From: a virus
Lineage: Duplodnaviria; Caudoviricetes
IMG/VR virus record: IMGVR_UViG_3300043570_000324
Location: 1-24,070 of that record
Length of the DNA: 24,070 nucleotides
Reading direction: 5' to 3' (one strand)
Of this stretch, positions 22,447 through 24,070 are shown one piece after another. The notes below the pieces were generated by a model that saw nothing but the letters and a program-made list of their open reading frames with translations, made no database searches and was not told where the DNA came from. Position numbers and translations under genes: made by a program. Position 1 is the first letter of the stretch. Each line of letters starts with the position of its first letter.

Positions 22447-24070
22447 ATGAACTACGTAGGCTTACACGTACATACCCACTACTCACTATTTGACGGCGTA
22501 GCAACTCCAAAAGAGTATGTTGACCGTGCTAGTGCTTTAGGTATGCCAGCAATCGCAATCACAGACCATGGTACGTTATCTGGTCACCGTGAGATGTATC
22601 GCATGGCTAAAGAAAAGGGTATTAAGCCGATTCTAGGTCTAGAAGGATACATGTGTGCAGACATCTCTGATAAAAGAGATAAGTCTGAAAGAGAAGGTCA
22701 ACAAGATCTTGTCTATAACCACATTATCCTTCTAGCCAAGAATAAACTAGGTTTGGAAAACCTCAACAAGATTAGCGAACTATCATGGACAGATGGTTTC
22801 TTTAAGAAGCCAAGATTTGATTTTGATATTCTACAAAAGTATCGTGAAGGAATTATTGTAACTTCTGCTTGTCCAAGCAGTGTTATTGTTAAAGCATTAG
22901 AAGAAGAAGAGTTTGCTCTTGCTAAGAAATATATTCAGTGGTTTAAAGATAACTTTGGCAGCGATTATTACATTGAGGTAATGCCACATAACGAAGCCCA
23001 GATAAACAAATACCTAATAGAACTTGCAGATGAGTTTAGCATTAAGGTTGTTGTTACACCAGACTGTCACCATGTTGACCAATCACAAAGAGAAGTACAA
23101 GAGTTTAAATTATTGCTTAACACACATGGTAAAGTAAATAAAGAAGCAACATATGAAAAGTCAAAGAAGCAACCAGACATGATGAAGCGACTTGACTACC
23201 TATATGGAGAAGATCGTCAGATAACATTTAACAAGTTTGATATACACCTTTTGTCTTATGAAGAGATGAAGTCTGCGATGGAATTGCAGGGTATTGATAG
23301 ACCAGACATCTACTCAAACACATTACTACTAGCGGATACAGTAGAAGACTATGAGATACAAGATGGACTAAATCTACTGCCAGTACAATACAAGAGTCCT
23401 GATAAGGAACTTGCTAAGATATCTTTAGAAGGACTACAATTAAGAGGTTTGTCAGAAAACAAAGAGTATCTAGATAGACTTGATGAAGAACTTAAAATCA
23501 TTAAAGATAAAAAGTTTGCCCCATATTTCCTTGTAGTTCAAAGCATGATTGCTTGGGCTAAGAAAGAAGGAATTATGGTAGGCCCAGGTCGTGGATCTGC
23601 TGCTGGTTCTTTAGTCTGTTACTCACTTGGAATTACAGACATTGATCCAATTAAGTACGGTCTGTTGTTCTTCCGATTTATTAACCCAGAACGTAATGAC
23701 TTTCCTGATATCGATACAGATATTCAAGATAACAGACGTGATGAGGTTAAAGATTATCTTGTTAGACAATATAGACACGTTGCATCTATTGCAACATTCC
23801 TTGAATTTAAAGACAAGGGTGTTGTGCGAGATGTAGCCAGAGTTCTAGATATTCCATTAACAGATGTAAACAAGGTTTTAAAATTGGTAGACACTTGGGA
23901 TGAATATTGTTCATCAAGGACTGCTGCTTGGTTTAGAGAAAAGTATCCAGAGGTGGAGGTTTATGGTGAACAATTACGTGGTCGTATTCGTGGTACTGGC
24001 ATACACGCTGCTGGTGTGGTCACTAGCAAAGATCCGATTTTTAGGTTTGCTCCAATGGAAACGAGATCTA
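22447..24070 (+). CDS. dnaE: DNA polymerase III alpha subunit (family C), N-terminal 541 aa; runs off the window
   Basis: Hand translation from ATG 22447 shows no stop to the window end: LHVHTHYSLFDG, AITDHG, KPILGLEGY, GPGRGSAAGSLVCYSLGITDIDP, FINPER.DFPDIDTD, GIHAAGVV. Absent from the ORF track because it has no stop in the window. Confidence 0.97.
   Translation, partial: MNYVGLHVHTHYSLFDGVATPKEYVDRASALGMPAIAITDHGTLSGHREMYRMAKEKGIKPILGLEGYMCADISDKRDKSEREGQQDLVYNHIILLAKNKLGLENLNKISELSWTDGFFKKPRFDFDILQKYREGIIVTSACPSSVIVKALEEEEFALAKKYIQWFKDNFGSDYYIEVMPHNEAQINKYLIELADEFSIKVVVTPDCHHVDQSQREVQEFKLLLNTHGKVNKEATYEKSKKQPDMMKRLDYLYGEDRQITFNKFDIHLLSYEEMKSAMELQGIDRPDIYSNTLLLADTVEDYEIQDGLNLLPVQYKSPDKELAKISLEGLQLRGLSENKEYLDRLDEELKIIKDKKFAPYFLVVQSMIAWAKKEGIMVGPGRGSAAGSLVCYSLGITDIDPIKYGLLFFRFINPERNDFPDIDTDIQDNRRDEVKDYLVRQYRHVASIATFLEFKDKGVVRDVARVLDIPLTDVNKVLKLVDTWDEYCSSRTAAWFREKYPEVEVYGEQLRGRIRGTGIHAAGVVTSKDPIFRFAPMETRS

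Noticed and set aside
6364-23836. Short alternate-frame + strand ORFs (6364..6555, 12253..12471, 17101..17319, 20154..20435, 23627..23836)
   Set aside because: They are nested out of frame in strongly supported genes (the last is inside dnaE) and show no motifs.
1-24070. CRISPR arrays, tRNA/rRNA genes, iteron-type origin, DGR repeats, stop-codon reassignment
   Set aside because: There is almost no intergenic space and no periodic DNA repeats were seen by eye. Genes tile the window under the standard code, with TAA, TAG and TGA all used as stops. Subtle signals would need computation.

Overview
This is an AT-rich, single-strand (+) coded segment of a tailed dsDNA phage with a siphovirus-type tail module. 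It begins in the 3' end of the major tail (tube) protein gene, followed by a terminator and two paralogous tail assembly chaperone genes. Next come a 2890-aa tape measure protein (TMP) and six putative tail-tip/minor tail genes. The window then runs directly into a Zn-ribbon gene, an HTH gene, two small hypothetical genes and a replication cassette: DnaB-like helicase, DnaG-like primase, SSB, and a DnaE (Pol III alpha) that runs off the window end and is missing from the ORF track. The most striking observation is an atypical kinase-fold domain (VFVK...E...DLKRGN...DPG) inside the TMP. It is part of a ~700-aa globular cargo lying between two hydrophobic segments and just after an internal copy of the TMP C-terminal module, which suggests a virion-delivered effector kinase. 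The second is that the usual G/GT tail chaperone frameshift appears to be replaced by a gene duplication, each copy with its own promoter. All protein family calls come from motif recognition and synteny; no database search was run.
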